Shown: one piece after another, positions 9,036 to 18,257 of the stretch
Layout of the letters: each line of letters opens with the position of its first letter
Numbering within the stretch: the first letter of the stretch is position 1
NCBI GenBank assembly: GCA_903872065.1
Contig: CAIQJJ010000419.1
Coordinates: 1 to 55,552 of the forward strand
Direction: 5' to 3'
DNA: 55,552 bases
From: an uncultured Anaerolineales bacterium
GTDB lineage: Bacteria; Chloroflexota; Anaerolineae; Anaerolineales; UBA4823
Position numbers and translations under genes: made by a program
The notes under the pieces: generated by a model
Databases searched by the model: none
Seen by the model: the letters and a program-made list of their open reading frames with translations, nothing else
Told to the model about the DNA's origin: nothing

Positions 9036-10007
9036 TCAATACAAGTGGCAGGCTACTTCATGAGTGTTATCCGTAGGGGCTTTGCGCAGTTCGGGCCGGG
9101 TTTGCCAGCAGGCATCCATCACATTCGGGCAGCGCTCAGCAAAGAGGCAGCGGGCGCGGTTGGTGGATTGCACCAGGCTCATCTCAGCCATATTTAAGGG
9201 CAGTTTCTCGGCCCAGCGTTTGTTGGGGTCGGGAGCAGGAATGGACTGGATCAGGAGGCGGGCGTAGGGGTGCAAGGGATTCTTGGTGACCTCACGCGTC
9301 AGGCCGGCCTCCACAATCCGCCCCTTGTACAGAACGATGATATTGCCGCCCAGGTATTGCGCCGTGGACAGATCATGGGTGATGTATAGGGTAGAAATGT
9401 TGAGCCGCTCGCGGAAATCCAGCAAAACATTCAAAAAAGTCACCCGCCCGGCGGCGTCTACCATTGAGACAGCTTCGTCGGCAATGATCAGGCGCGGTTG
9501 AATCAAGTGAATGCGCGCCAGCATCACCCGCTGCCGCTGCCCGCCGCTTAGTTGGTGCGGGTATTTGCCCAGGACATCGCCAGGGCGCAGATCCACCGCC
9601 CGCAGTGAAGACTCGATCATCTCGCGGCTTTCTTGCTGGCTGCGGCTGAGTTTAAATTTGCGGATCGGCGTCTGCAAGACGCGATCCACCTTATAGACCG
9701 GATTATAGACGCTGTAGGGGTTCTGAAAAACCGCCTGCACCTCGCGATGGAAGAGCGTCTGCCACTGCTTATCCTTTGAGCCAATATCCGTGTTGTTATA
9801 CAAGACATGACCAGCAGTCGGTTTTTGCAAACCCAAGATGATCCGGGCAATGGTGGTTTTGCCACTTCCACTCTCGCCAACCAGGTTAAAAATACTCGGT
9901 TCTTTCGGCATGGTGAACGAAACGTCATCCACCGCCTGCACCGTTGTCATCGTGCCAAAGATTTGTCCCAGAGAAGTGACCGTCAGGAGATCAGCCATAA
10001 GTCTCAT
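9036..10007 (-). CDS. ABC transporter ATP-binding protein (OppF/DppF-like)
   Basis: Walker A GESGSGKTT, signature LSGGQRQR, Walker B IIADEAVS, and a C-terminal Opp-type extension with Cys residues. Alternative start at 9998 (MADLL). Confidence 0.9.
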   Translation of the reverse strand: MRLMADLLTVTSLGQIFGTMTTVQAVDDVSFTMPKEPSIFNLVGESGSGKTTIARIILGLQKPTAGHVLYNNTDIGSKDKQWQTLFHREVQAVFQNPYSVYNPVYKVDRVLQTPIRKFKLSRSQQESREMIESSLRAVDLRPGDVLGKYPHQLSGGQRQRVMLARIHLIQPRLIIADEAVSMVDAAGRVTFLNVLLDFRERLNISTLYITHDLSTAQYLGGNIIVLYKGRIVEAGLTREVTKNPLHPYARLLIQSIPAPDPNKRWAEKLPLNMAEMSLVQSTNRARCLFAERCPNVMDACWQTRPELRKAPTDNTHEVACHLY

Positions 10008-10019
10008 CCTTCGCTTTCG

Positions 10020-11015
10020 TTAATAAAGATGGCAGGCAACCCTTTGACCAGAGCTGCCATTGGGGCTGGTGAAAACCGGCGCTTGCTGAGAACAACGTTC
10101 TATAGCAAACTCACAGCGCGGATGAAAACGGCAGCCAGGGGGATGGCGCCAAATGTTGGGCGATTCGCCGCCCAGCCCAATCAGGCGCTCGCCGCTCTCG
10201 CGCCCTCGGGCGTTGGGGATCGCATTGATCAGCTTTTTGGTATAAGGATGAAGGGGACTGGCAAAAACTTGGTGAATGGAACCGATCTCGACGATGCGCC
10301 CGGCGTACATCACCGCGATGCGATCGGCGATCTGCGCCATGACGCCCATATCGTGCGAAATTAAGAGGATGGCTGAACCGAACTTCTCCCGGATCGAAAC
10401 CAACTCTTGCAAGATTGAGCGCTGCGTGACCACATCCAGCGCGGTGGTGGGTTCGTCGGCGACCAGCACCGGCGGCTGCATGCTGATAGCGCCAGCGATG
10501 GCCACCCGCTGCACCATCCCGCCGCTGAGTTCGTGGGGATAGCGCTCCAAAATGGCAGCGTCCAGGCTGACCACCTGCAATGCCCAACGCGCCCTTTCGA
10601 GCGCCTCATTTTTCTTCAACCCATGTTCAATGAGCGTATCGGTTAACTGCTCACGCACGCGCTTAACCGGGTTGAGGGCGCTCATCGAGCCTTGCGGAAT
10701 ATAGGCAATTTCCTTCCATAGTAATTGGCGGTGAAGGGAGGGTTTCACCTTGAGAATATCTTGGGTCGAATGGTCATGGGTGCGGATTTGGACTGCGCCG
10801 CCAATGACTTTGCCAGGGGGTTCAATCAAGCCCAGCATGGCAACAGCCAGAGTCGTCTTGCCGCAGCCCGACTCGCCCACCAGGCCCAGGATTTCATTGT
10901 TTTGAACCTCCAAATCCACCTCGGTCACGGCCTGGGCGGCTGAACGACGCCCAACGTAAACGACCGACAGCGAACGGATGGCGAGGACGGCTTCTTGAGG
11001 AGTGTCTTGGGTCAT
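10020..11015 (-). CDS. ABC transporter ATP-binding protein (OppD/DppD-like)
   Basis: GESGCGKTT, LSGGMVQR, LVADEPTTALD, and a C-terminal PGCRFHPRC Opp-type motif. Confidence 0.9.
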   Translation of the reverse strand: MTQDTPQEAVLAIRSLSVVYVGRRSAAQAVTEVDLEVQNNEILGLVGESGCGKTTLAVAMLGLIEPPGKVIGGAVQIRTHDHSTQDILKVKPSLHRQLLWKEIAYIPQGSMSALNPVKRVREQLTDTLIEHGLKKNEALERARWALQVVSLDAAILERYPHELSGGMVQRVAIAGAISMQPPVLVADEPTTALDVVTQRSILQELVSIREKFGSAILLISHDMGVMAQIADRIAVMYAGRIVEIGSIHQVFASPLHPYTKKLINAIPNARGRESGERLIGLGGESPNIWRHPPGCRFHPRCEFAIERCSQQAPVFTSPNGSSGQRVACHLY

Positions 11016-11017
11016 GG

Positions 11018-11863
11018 CTATTCTCCGTGGGCGGTGGTTTGCAGGCGCGGGTTGAACTGCTCATCCAACCCCATGTTGATCAAATTTAGGCACAAGAAGG
11101 TCAGGGTCAAATAGCCAGCCGGCAGAAGCACCTGCCCGGCAAAGCCGCCGCCTAAGGCCCCAGCTCCCATCGCTTTCGCCATGAGATAGCCCAGGGTGGC
11201 CAGGTTGCCCGACCCAATGCCCAGGATTTGCAGACCAGCCTCGGCCAACATGGCGCCGACCGCCGCGCCGGAGACGCTGAGAAAGATGTAGGGCAAGAGG
11301 CCGGGGATCAACTCTTGCACAATGATCTCCAGGCTGTTTTCATTGTTGAGGCGGGCCAGGTCTACAAATGGGCGCTGGCTCAAACTGAAGACCTGAGCGC
11401 GCACGGTGCGCGCCACAAACGGCCAGCTAAACAGACCTAGCAGCAGGCCGATGGTCAGCAGATCCCATTTGTCCACCGAAATCGAAAGCACCATCAGCAG
11501 CGGCAGGGTTGGCACCACCAGGAACATATCCGTCAACACGCGCAGAATCGTATCAGTGTTACCGCCTACAAAACCGGCGACAAAACCGACCAGCACCCCT
11601 AAGAGCGTACCGACGATGCCAGCCACAAAACCGACGCCGAGCGACAGGCGCATGCCATATAAAAAGACGGCCATCGCGTCGCGGCCCAGTTGATCGGAGC
11701 CGATAGGAATCTCGTCGGAGACCGCCTGGTAGGGCGTGTAAGCGGAGATCTGCAAGGGATCTTTTAATTTCGTCCTGCTTTTGGCGATGGTTGGGCCAGC
11801 CAGGGCAAAGATGAGCAGGCCAAGAAAAAGCAAACCACCTATGAGCAATTTGGGATTACGCAT
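11018..11863 (-). CDS. ABC transporter permease (OppC/DppC-like)
   Basis: Multi-TM protein with the BPD-transporter fold. Start set at MRNPKLL (ATG 11863), giving an ATGCGTAA 8-nt overlap with the upstream permease stop. Confidence 0.85.
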   Translation of the reverse strand: MRNPKLLIGGLLFLGLLIFALAGPTIAKSRTKLKDPLQISAYTPYQAVSDEIPIGSDQLGRDAMAVFLYGMRLSLGVGFVAGIVGTLLGVLVGFVAGFVGGNTDTILRVLTDMFLVVPTLPLLMVLSISVDKWDLLTIGLLLGLFSWPFVARTVRAQVFSLSQRPFVDLARLNNENSLEIIVQELIPGLLPYIFLSVSGAAVGAMLAEAGLQILGIGSGNLATLGYLMAKAMGAGALGGGFAGQVLLPAGYLTLTFLCLNLINMGLDEQFNPRLQTTAHGE

Positions 11864-12923
11864 CGCTCCTCCGAATCCGCGGATCAAATAAGGGCATCGC
11901 CAGGTCAACAATTAAGGAGCCGGTCAGCACAGTGAAAGCCGAAAAGACCAACAGCCCCATCATAGTATTGAAATCCCGCAGCGCGGCGGCATTGGCAAAC
12001 AACGTACCCAGGCCGGGGATGCGGAAAATAATTTCAATGATGTACGCGCCATTTAAACTCATGCCCAGCACAATGGCTAAACCAGCCACCTGCGGCAGCA
12101 GCGCATTGCGAAAAGCATACTCTTTGAGAATGGTCAGGGGAGACAGGCCTTTGGCGCGGGCATAAGCCAGGTAATCTTCGCCCAAAACCGAAACCATCAG
12201 AGAGCGCATGCCCAGGATCCAACCGCTGCTCCAGACCAGAACCATCGTACCGACTGGCAGGATGGCGTGAATCAACACACTCTTAATAAACGGCCACTTC
12301 CAGGAGGGCATCATTTGGGCATCGTAAGGCCGCCCGGAGGGCAGCCAACCCAGCTTATAAGAAAGCCCCAGGAGCAGAAAAACGGCCAGGACATAAATGG
12401 GAGTGATGTTGATCAAGGTGGTGAGGACGATCGCCCAAGAGGCGAAGCGACTGCGACGCATCCAGCCTAACAAAGCTCCAATGGCGGTGCCTAAAATCCA
12501 GGCGAGAATGACGGAGGTGGTAAACAGACCGAGCGTCCAGGGCAGATAGCGGCCAATGACCTCATTGACCGGTGTGGGGTACTTAACGAATGAATGGCCA
12601 AAATCGAACGGCCCGAAGATCATGTTCTTCAAAAACTTCAAATATTGAATATGCAGCGGCTCGTTCAAGCCCATTTTTTCGCGGTAATACTCAGCGGCTT
12701 TATCGGCGCCAACGATCAACCCGGCATTGGACTGCAACTGAGTGACCGACATAGCCATTGGGTTGCCGGGCATGAAGCGGAAAAGGATAAAGGCCAGAGA
12801 CAGCGAGGCCCATAAGGTGAAGAGGTAGACGCCAAAGCGATTCCCAAGGTACCTGGCCAGAGGCCGGTATCTTTGGAGGCGCGAGCGGAAAGATTTTTCC
12901 TCAGGTTTTTCTTCGTTCTTCAT
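11856..12923 (-). CDS. ABC transporter permease (OppB/DppB-like)
   Basis: Typical OppB-like N-terminus and an EDYLAYARAKGLS EAA-loop motif. Confidence 0.85.
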   Translation of the reverse strand: MKNEEKPEEKSFRSRLQRYRPLARYLGNRFGVYLFTLWASLSLAFILFRFMPGNPMAMSVTQLQSNAGLIVGADKAAEYYREKMGLNEPLHIQYLKFLKNMIFGPFDFGHSFVKYPTPVNEVIGRYLPWTLGLFTTSVILAWILGTAIGALLGWMRRSRFASWAIVLTTLINITPIYVLAVFLLLGLSYKLGWLPSGRPYDAQMMPSWKWPFIKSVLIHAILPVGTMVLVWSSGWILGMRSLMVSVLGEDYLAYARAKGLSPLTILKEYAFRNALLPQVAGLAIVLGMSLNGAYIIEIIFRIPGLGTLFANAAALRDFNTMMGLLVFSAFTVLTGSLIVDLAMPLFDPRIRRSDA

Positions 12924-12951
12924 TCTTCATCCTTCATCTTCTTACATCCTT

Positions 12952-13126
12952 CAAAACCCTACAGGTCTTCTTCGACCTGTAGGGTTTTGTGGACAGCTTC
13001 TAAAACGTTCCCCTTAGATGGATACCCCGCGCCTTTCCCCAGGGAAGGAAAGGCACGGGTGAACATACAGTCAAAAAGGACTCTTGCAAGACTTTAGAAG
13101 TCGGACTTCTCAGAAGTCCGGCTTCT
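12952..13126. terminator. Two strong hairpins between the SBP and permease genes (intra-operon attenuators?)
   Basis: 12952-12989: perfect 16-bp stem CAAAACCCTACAGGTC/GACCTGTAGGGTTTTG with loop TTCTTC. The inner 11 bp are followed by TTTTG on both strands. 13096-13126: 15-bp stem AGAAGTCGGACTTCT/AGAAGTCCGGCTTCT with one mismatch. Confidence 0.4.
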
Positions 13127-13146
13127 GATGTCTATCTACGAGGATC

Positions 13147-15066
13147 TTATGGATTGTAAACCGGCAGGCTGTCTACCATACCGGAGGCTTCCCACAGCAT
13201 CTTCTGGTACGAGGTGCCCCAGATGATGTACTCGCCATCGGGCAGATTTTCCCAATACCTGCCGTAGCTGACCAGTTCTGTGTAAGCGCCAAACAGTTCG
13301 ACAAAGGGCTTGACCTCGACGTAGTGTTTGTAGATGTCCTTCATCAGAGGATCCACAGCCGGGTCATCGGGGTTCATGGCGCTCAGCTTGCTGTACAGAT
13401 CATCGAAGGTCTCATCCGTATAACGCCCAGTGGTGCCCCACATGGCGACCTCGCCAATCGGCTTCTGGACGCTGCTGGTGAAGAGACCATAGTTGAAGAT
13501 CGGCCAGTCCGCGGGGGCGCAGGCCCAAACAATGGACATGCCATAATTGCCCTTCATGACGGCGTCGAAGAAAACATTGGCGTCGCCCGGCATCTTGACA
13601 TCCACTTCAATGCCCACCTGGCTGGCGTCGTAAGCAAACAAGCGCGGCCAGGCGCCCCAGCCGCCTGAATCGAGGGAGTAGACTTCAATCTTGATCGGGT
13701 TGCCGTCTTTGTCCAGGCGTTTTCCATTGGCATCCAGTTTATAGCCGGCCGCATCCAAAATTTGGGCTGCCTTGGCGGGGTCGTACACAGAAACATCGTT
13801 GGCCTTAGCGACCTCGGGATCCCACCAGCGGGAGTTCGGTTCGCCAATATAAGGCCACGGTACCAGCATGATATAAGAAGCCGGCGTATCCAGCTTGGCG
13901 GCGGCTTCGCGGTTGAGCAGCAGGCTCATGGCGTGGCGGAATTCCACATCCTCAAACGGTTTGACGGTCACATTGAAGGAGACCTTGCGCGGGCAGATAT
14001 CAAGGCCGACGAACTTGGACCAGTCCTTATTTTCCTTCACCAGGCGGTCGTTCAAAGCGGCGGTTAAGCCACCCAGGTCATAATTGCCGGCGATGAAATC
14101 TTCAATCGCGGCGTCCGTTGTACCGTAGCGGGTGAAGACAATATACTTGGGCTTGGGCAGCAAATCTGCATTCCAATAATCCGCGCGCCGCTCCCAGATG
14201 CAAGTGAAGGTATCTTCGTTGCAGGCCCTGAGTGTATACGGCCCGGTGCCGACCGGCGGATTGTTGGGATAGTTGACGTAATCCTGTCCATCCCAAAGGC
14301 GCTTGGGGATGGGGTGGTAGCCCATGGTGGCAGTCGAATTGATAAAACTCATGTGGAAGGTGGGATTGGGAGAAGGAACGGTGAGTTCGGCAATGTTATT
14401 GGCTTCGTCAGCCGCCTTAAAGAACTTGAACAAGATAACATTATCGCCGGCGATTTCAACGGTGACATTTTTGGATAAGCCAACGTGCAGACCTTTATCC
14501 ATATTCGCCTGCGCCGACTGAAAAGTGAACAGCCAGTCGTCTATGGTGACAGGAGTGCCGTCGCTAAAGGTGGCTTTGAGGTTCACATAGAGCTTGATTT
14601 CGGTGTAATCAGCGTTGTATTCCCATTTTTCACCCAGGACGGGGATGATTTTGCCATTCAGCCCCATGAACAGGTTTTCTTCTGATAACTGCAGCCCACC
14701 GTTCCATTCATCGCATTTGGTGGCGGGGGACATATAGTTGAAGCAGTTGAATTTGGGATTATTGGAGTTTGAGCCGATGATGTAGGTTTCGTTGCGGGGG
14801 AGGTCGCCGAAGACATAAGTGACTTCCTCCGGCACAGGGGTAGCGGTAACCTCAACCTGCACTACCTCTTTGACTTCCACTTCCACCGTTTCCTTAACCT
14901 GCACTGTCTCTTTGACCTGCACGGTTTCCTTGACGGTTTGAACAACAGGTTCCGATGTTTCTCGCACCACGACTGTTTGAATAACAGTTTGCGGCGCACA
15001 AGCGGAAAGCAGCATGACCAGGACGGCCACAACCGACACAATTTGCAAGAACTTGCGAACTTTCAT
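13147..15066 (-). CDS. ABC transporter substrate-binding lipoprotein, family 5 (OppA/DppA-like; peptide or oligosaccharide)
   Basis: Signal peptide with lipobox LLSAC, a repetitive linker, then a family-5 SBP body (GPYTLRA..., WNADLLPKPKYIVF). GGAGGAAAAG SD directly upstream. Confidence 0.9.
   Translation of the reverse strand: MKVRKFLQIVSVVAVLVMLLSACAPQTVIQTVVVRETSEPVVQTVKETVQVKETVQVKETVEVEVKEVVQVEVTATPVPEEVTYVFGDLPRNETYIIGSNSNNPKFNCFNYMSPATKCDEWNGGLQLSEENLFMGLNGKIIPVLGEKWEYNADYTEIKLYVNLKATFSDGTPVTIDDWLFTFQSAQANMDKGLHVGLSKNVTVEIAGDNVILFKFFKAADEANNIAELTVPSPNPTFHMSFINSTATMGYHPIPKRLWDGQDYVNYPNNPPVGTGPYTLRACNEDTFTCIWERRADYWNADLLPKPKYIVFTRYGTTDAAIEDFIAGNYDLGGLTAALNDRLVKENKDWSKFVGLDICPRKVSFNVTVKPFEDVEFRHAMSLLLNREAAAKLDTPASYIMLVPWPYIGEPNSRWWDPEVAKANDVSVYDPAKAAQILDAAGYKLDANGKRLDKDGNPIKIEVYSLDSGGWGAWPRLFAYDASQVGIEVDVKMPGDANVFFDAVMKGNYGMSIVWACAPADWPIFNYGLFTSSVQKPIGEVAMWGTTGRYTDETFDDLYSKLSAMNPDDPAVDPLMKDIYKHYVEVKPFVELFGAYTELVSYGRYWENLPDGEYIIWGTSYQKMLWEASGMVDSLPVYNP
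14848..14934 (-). repeat. In-frame 18-nt tandem repeat encoding the (VKETVQ)n linker of the SBP
   Basis: The protein reads VKETVQVKETVQVKETVEVEVKEVVQVEV directly after the lipobox. The DNA shows repeated GTYTCYTTGACCTGCAC-like units. Confidence 0.7.
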
Positions 15067-15255
15067 CTTTTCCTCCGAACATATTGTTTACCTGGCAAGA
15101 TAATCGCCGGCGCTTTTGCCCATGCCAGGCATAGGTGAAGAACGTAAAATGACCAAATAACGACATAGTAGGTAGGGCTAGAATCTTATGATCAAAAACA
15201 CCTCCTGTGGGTCAATTCGCGTGGGGGATGCAGAGAGAAAGAACTGACAACAAAT

Positions 15256-15305
15256 AGTATACCCGTTGAAATTATAAAAGTCAAGATGTTTATACGTATA
15301 TACAT
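15256..15305 (-). promoter_or_regulatory. Sigma70-like promoter (-35 TTGACT, 17 nt, -10 TATACT) abutted by a near-perfect 20-bp palindrome carrying two GTnTAnAC (HutC-type) motifs
   Basis: Minus strand: TTGACT at 15284-15279 and TATACT at 15261-15256. The palindrome ATGTTTATACGTATATACAT at 15286-15305 has one mismatch and contains GTTTATAC and GTATATAC. It lies upstream of the SBP gene and inside the large-protein/SBP spacer. Confidence 0.45.
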
Positions 15306-15328
15306 ATAAAGATTAAAAACATTGAGTC

Positions 15329-18235
15329 TCAACCCTCACGTGTTGATTTCTCAAGAGTCTGCCACTGCACCCGCACAATCGCCCCATCGGCGTCGTTGGC
15401 GTAGCGAACAAGGATCGTCTGCCCTTCGGAGAGATAACTCGCTGCCAGCGCTTTCCCCAGGATAGTACACGCGCTGACGCGCTCAACCTGCCGGCCGGCG
15501 CTCCACAGGCGCGCCGCGCCCTCGCTGCCGGTGGGAGATTGGCTGAGAAAAACGACCGCGTCACTGCTCTCGACGTAGGCCCTCGTCCGCCCGGCGACCG
15601 CCAGCAGACGGGGCGTCGCGCCGCCCATCTGCGCTTCCAACCAAAAGGCGCATTCATGGGGCGAGACGGTGGGATTTTCCAGAACGGCCAGGTTGGAGGT
15701 GAGCAAATCAATGTAGCAGCCTTGCGCGTGGTAGGCTTGATCCAAGGCGCTGATGGCAGTGTAAGGGCCGCGCTGGATGCGAAAGTAGGGCTGTTCGCGG
15801 TAAATCGCGCCGCTCTTTTCATAGCCATATTTGGCCAGGGCGCTCAGCCAGCCCGCCCCCTGGGAAGAGACCGCCATGAAACGCGGGCTGACGCCAGCGA
15901 AGATCACCGTTCCCTGGCCGACTTTTGCCTCCCATATCAGTGGGGTTGCATCGTCCTTCAAATAATAGAGCGGCTGCGCCGCGGCCGGCGGTTCGTAGAA
16001 AATCGCCTGGCAGTATCCGCCGGACTGATCAGACAGCAGCACAATACTCCCTCCAGGCTGATGGCTCCGGTCTTGCGGTTTGCCGGCCGGAATGATCAAA
16101 GTTTCGTAACCGGGGAAGGCGATGCGGCTGTCCGCGTGCAGTTCCAGATCGTGATCCGCCGCCTGGATTAGCCTTTGGTTCTGCACAGGCAGCCCCAGGC
16201 GCTGCAGCAGGTCTTCGCCCGGCGAGGCAAAGCCGGCCAACCGCCACCAGCTATCTTGCAGCGCATTGTAGGCGTCTGCGCCGCCGAAGAAGAGCAGCGT
16301 CCCGCCGGCCTTCACCCAATCCGCCAGGGCCTGGTTCATTTGCGCCGAGGTCGGCTTGAGAAAATCGTAGCACACCAACAGCGCTCGATAGTCGTCCAAA
16401 TAGCCAGCTTCCGCGCTGCGATCCAGGGATAGCACCTGCAGCGGAATACCCTTAGCGATCAGAGGCAGGGTCAAGCCCCAAAAATCGTTGTAATCGCTGG
16501 GCGAGGGATCGTCACGCTGCCAACCCATCGAATCGGCGACAAAGGTAGCGATCCCCTGGCTGCCGAAGTCGCACTCCGCCGCGGGGTAACGCCACAGCTC
16601 ACACAATGCGCCCACCACCGTGTTGACCAGGGTCTCATATTCCTTGGGGACGCAGCCATAGATGCGATTGGGCCACACCAAAACCTCATAATTGTCCACA
16701 GCAGGAAACATTAAAGAGGCCACAATCGTGCGCACATAATTGCGGTGGTAATCTTCCATGGGCAGATTGGGCCGATCTTCCAACGGATCGTGCAGGAACC
16801 ACAGGCGCTTCCCCAGGCCGCGTGTCAACTGGTAGAAGGATGAGTATTCCAGGAAACCGACCTCAAAGGTGCGTTCGGCGACTTCTCCTGCCAGGGGAAC
16901 CGGGACGCGCGCCGTGCCGGTCCACACCTCGGCAATCACCTCCTGCACTTCGGGCATCATCACCATTTGATGGTGGCGGCAGGTAATATTGATCAGGTAG
17001 TAATTGATCGGGCTGTGCGCCGAGAGCAGGCGGGTGACAGATGGGCTGCGCCGCGCCACATCTTGCAAGATGGTCTGAATCTGGCGGGTAAAGAGGTGGC
17101 CCTTAAGCTGTTCCGCCTGGTACCTGGCGTCAATGCTGCTGTGCGGCGCTTGCCACGGCGTCCCGTAATACGCCAGCCATTCCTGCTTGAAAACGTCAGA
17201 GTAGCCGGAGTAAGTCCAAAATTCAGGCTCATCATAACCGAAGCCGGTCGCGCCGGCCTCGAGCGCTGCGGCATAGTGGCGGGCGGCGTACCCGTCGCGC
17301 GCCGGGTTGGGGACGCGATAATAGTCGCTGCAGCGCACCTCGAACGGCCCGCCGAAACGCCGCGCCACGTCCGCCTTCCATTCCTCCGTCACGAATGGCA
17401 CACTCAGATCGAGAGTCTTCTCGCCCTGCTGGGCGACATGCACCCCTAAAGTCCTCCCGTAACGGTCGCGCTGCACATCCGGCAGATCAGGCGTAATGGC
17501 TAAATCGCCGGCGAAGCGGCTGTGCAGCATGGTTTGGGCCTGGTAGCCTTTGGCCGCCCAGTTGGGAAACATGATCGGATCGTCGGTCGTAGCCCAAAAA
17601 TACAGGCGGACGGCGTCGGTCGGCAGCGCCATTGCTGGATCGTAACGCCAGGCATAGAAAAACGAAGTATGAGGCTGCGTGGGAATGGGCGCGATTTCGA
17701 TGCGATCTTCAGCCTGGCAGCCCATTAAGCCAGCAGCCCAATCGCTAATTCCATCTTGATTTCCATCATGAAATGGCAAAAGTAGATTAAAATAGCGTAC
17801 AGCAATACGCTCTTGTTTTGCCTGAAAGATGAAATGGATAGGGTCGCCTGGCGGATGGTATGTGGGGGTGGTGAAACTGACCGCATGGTGGATGCCTGTC
17901 TGTTCCAACGTGTAAACCAATGGTTTTCCTTCTGCATCAGTGATTCGAAAGTCAGGATCGCCTTCGGCTTGAAAGTTTAACCGGCAGGGCAGATTTGGCG
18001 GAACGACTACCCGCCACGTCCACCCGCCGCCCGGCTCTGCCAGACGCCAATGCTTTTCAACTGAACAACTTGAGGCCGCCGCGAGCGCCTCGGCTTCGGA
18101 TCGGGTTCCCGGGATGAGAAGGATGGTATGAACAAGAGTGGTTTTCATAGAAATAACCGTACAGTGCTTAAAACTTGCCTGTTCCTGACATATACTTTTG
18201 GTTGTAACGCACGGATTTTCATCAACGCTAAACAT
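15329..18235 (-). CDS. Large uncharacterised protein (968 aa), paralogue of 51141-53540; possible glycoside-hydrolase-like barrel plus GATase1-like C-terminal domain
   Basis: Long ORF with clear similarity to the 799-aa ORF at 51141-53540 (blocks DEPEFW..YG..WQ.P.SS.DARY, EVWTGT.R.P, RLW.L.DP.ED.PN, SAQ...AL..WV..G..L...G). The start is uncertain: 18235 or MKTTLVH at 18148, neither with a good SD. No obvious signal peptide. Confidence 0.75.
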   Translation of the reverse strand: MFSVDENPCVTTKSICQEQASFKHCTVISMKTTLVHTILLIPGTRSEAEALAAASSCSVEKHWRLAEPGGGWTWRVVVPPNLPCRLNFQAEGDPDFRITDAEGKPLVYTLEQTGIHHAVSFTTPTYHPPGDPIHFIFQAKQERIAVRYFNLLLPFHDGNQDGISDWAAGLMGCQAEDRIEIAPIPTQPHTSFFYAWRYDPAMALPTDAVRLYFWATTDDPIMFPNWAAKGYQAQTMLHSRFAGDLAITPDLPDVQRDRYGRTLGVHVAQQGEKTLDLSVPFVTEEWKADVARRFGGPFEVRCSDYYRVPNPARDGYAARHYAAALEAGATGFGYDEPEFWTYSGYSDVFKQEWLAYYGTPWQAPHSSIDARYQAEQLKGHLFTRQIQTILQDVARRSPSVTRLLSAHSPINYYLINITCRHHQMVMMPEVQEVIAEVWTGTARVPVPLAGEVAERTFEVGFLEYSSFYQLTRGLGKRLWFLHDPLEDRPNLPMEDYHRNYVRTIVASLMFPAVDNYEVLVWPNRIYGCVPKEYETLVNTVVGALCELWRYPAAECDFGSQGIATFVADSMGWQRDDPSPSDYNDFWGLTLPLIAKGIPLQVLSLDRSAEAGYLDDYRALLVCYDFLKPTSAQMNQALADWVKAGGTLLFFGGADAYNALQDSWWRLAGFASPGEDLLQRLGLPVQNQRLIQAADHDLELHADSRIAFPGYETLIIPAGKPQDRSHQPGGSIVLLSDQSGGYCQAIFYEPPAAAQPLYYLKDDATPLIWEAKVGQGTVIFAGVSPRFMAVSSQGAGWLSALAKYGYEKSGAIYREQPYFRIQRGPYTAISALDQAYHAQGCYIDLLTSNLAVLENPTVSPHECAFWLEAQMGGATPRLLAVAGRTRAYVESSDAVVFLSQSPTGSEGAARLWSAGRQVERVSACTILGKALAASYLSEGQTILVRYANDADGAIVRVQWQTLEKSTREG

Positions 18236-18257
18236 TGCAAGGTTAACATATCAACAG

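Noticed and set aside
9036-15066. Calling the two Opp/Dpp-type systems peptide transporters.
   Set aside because: Family-5 SBP systems also import oligosaccharides. Here both are embedded in glycoside-related loci under sugar-type regulators, so I left the substrate open rather than annotating them as oligopeptide permeases.
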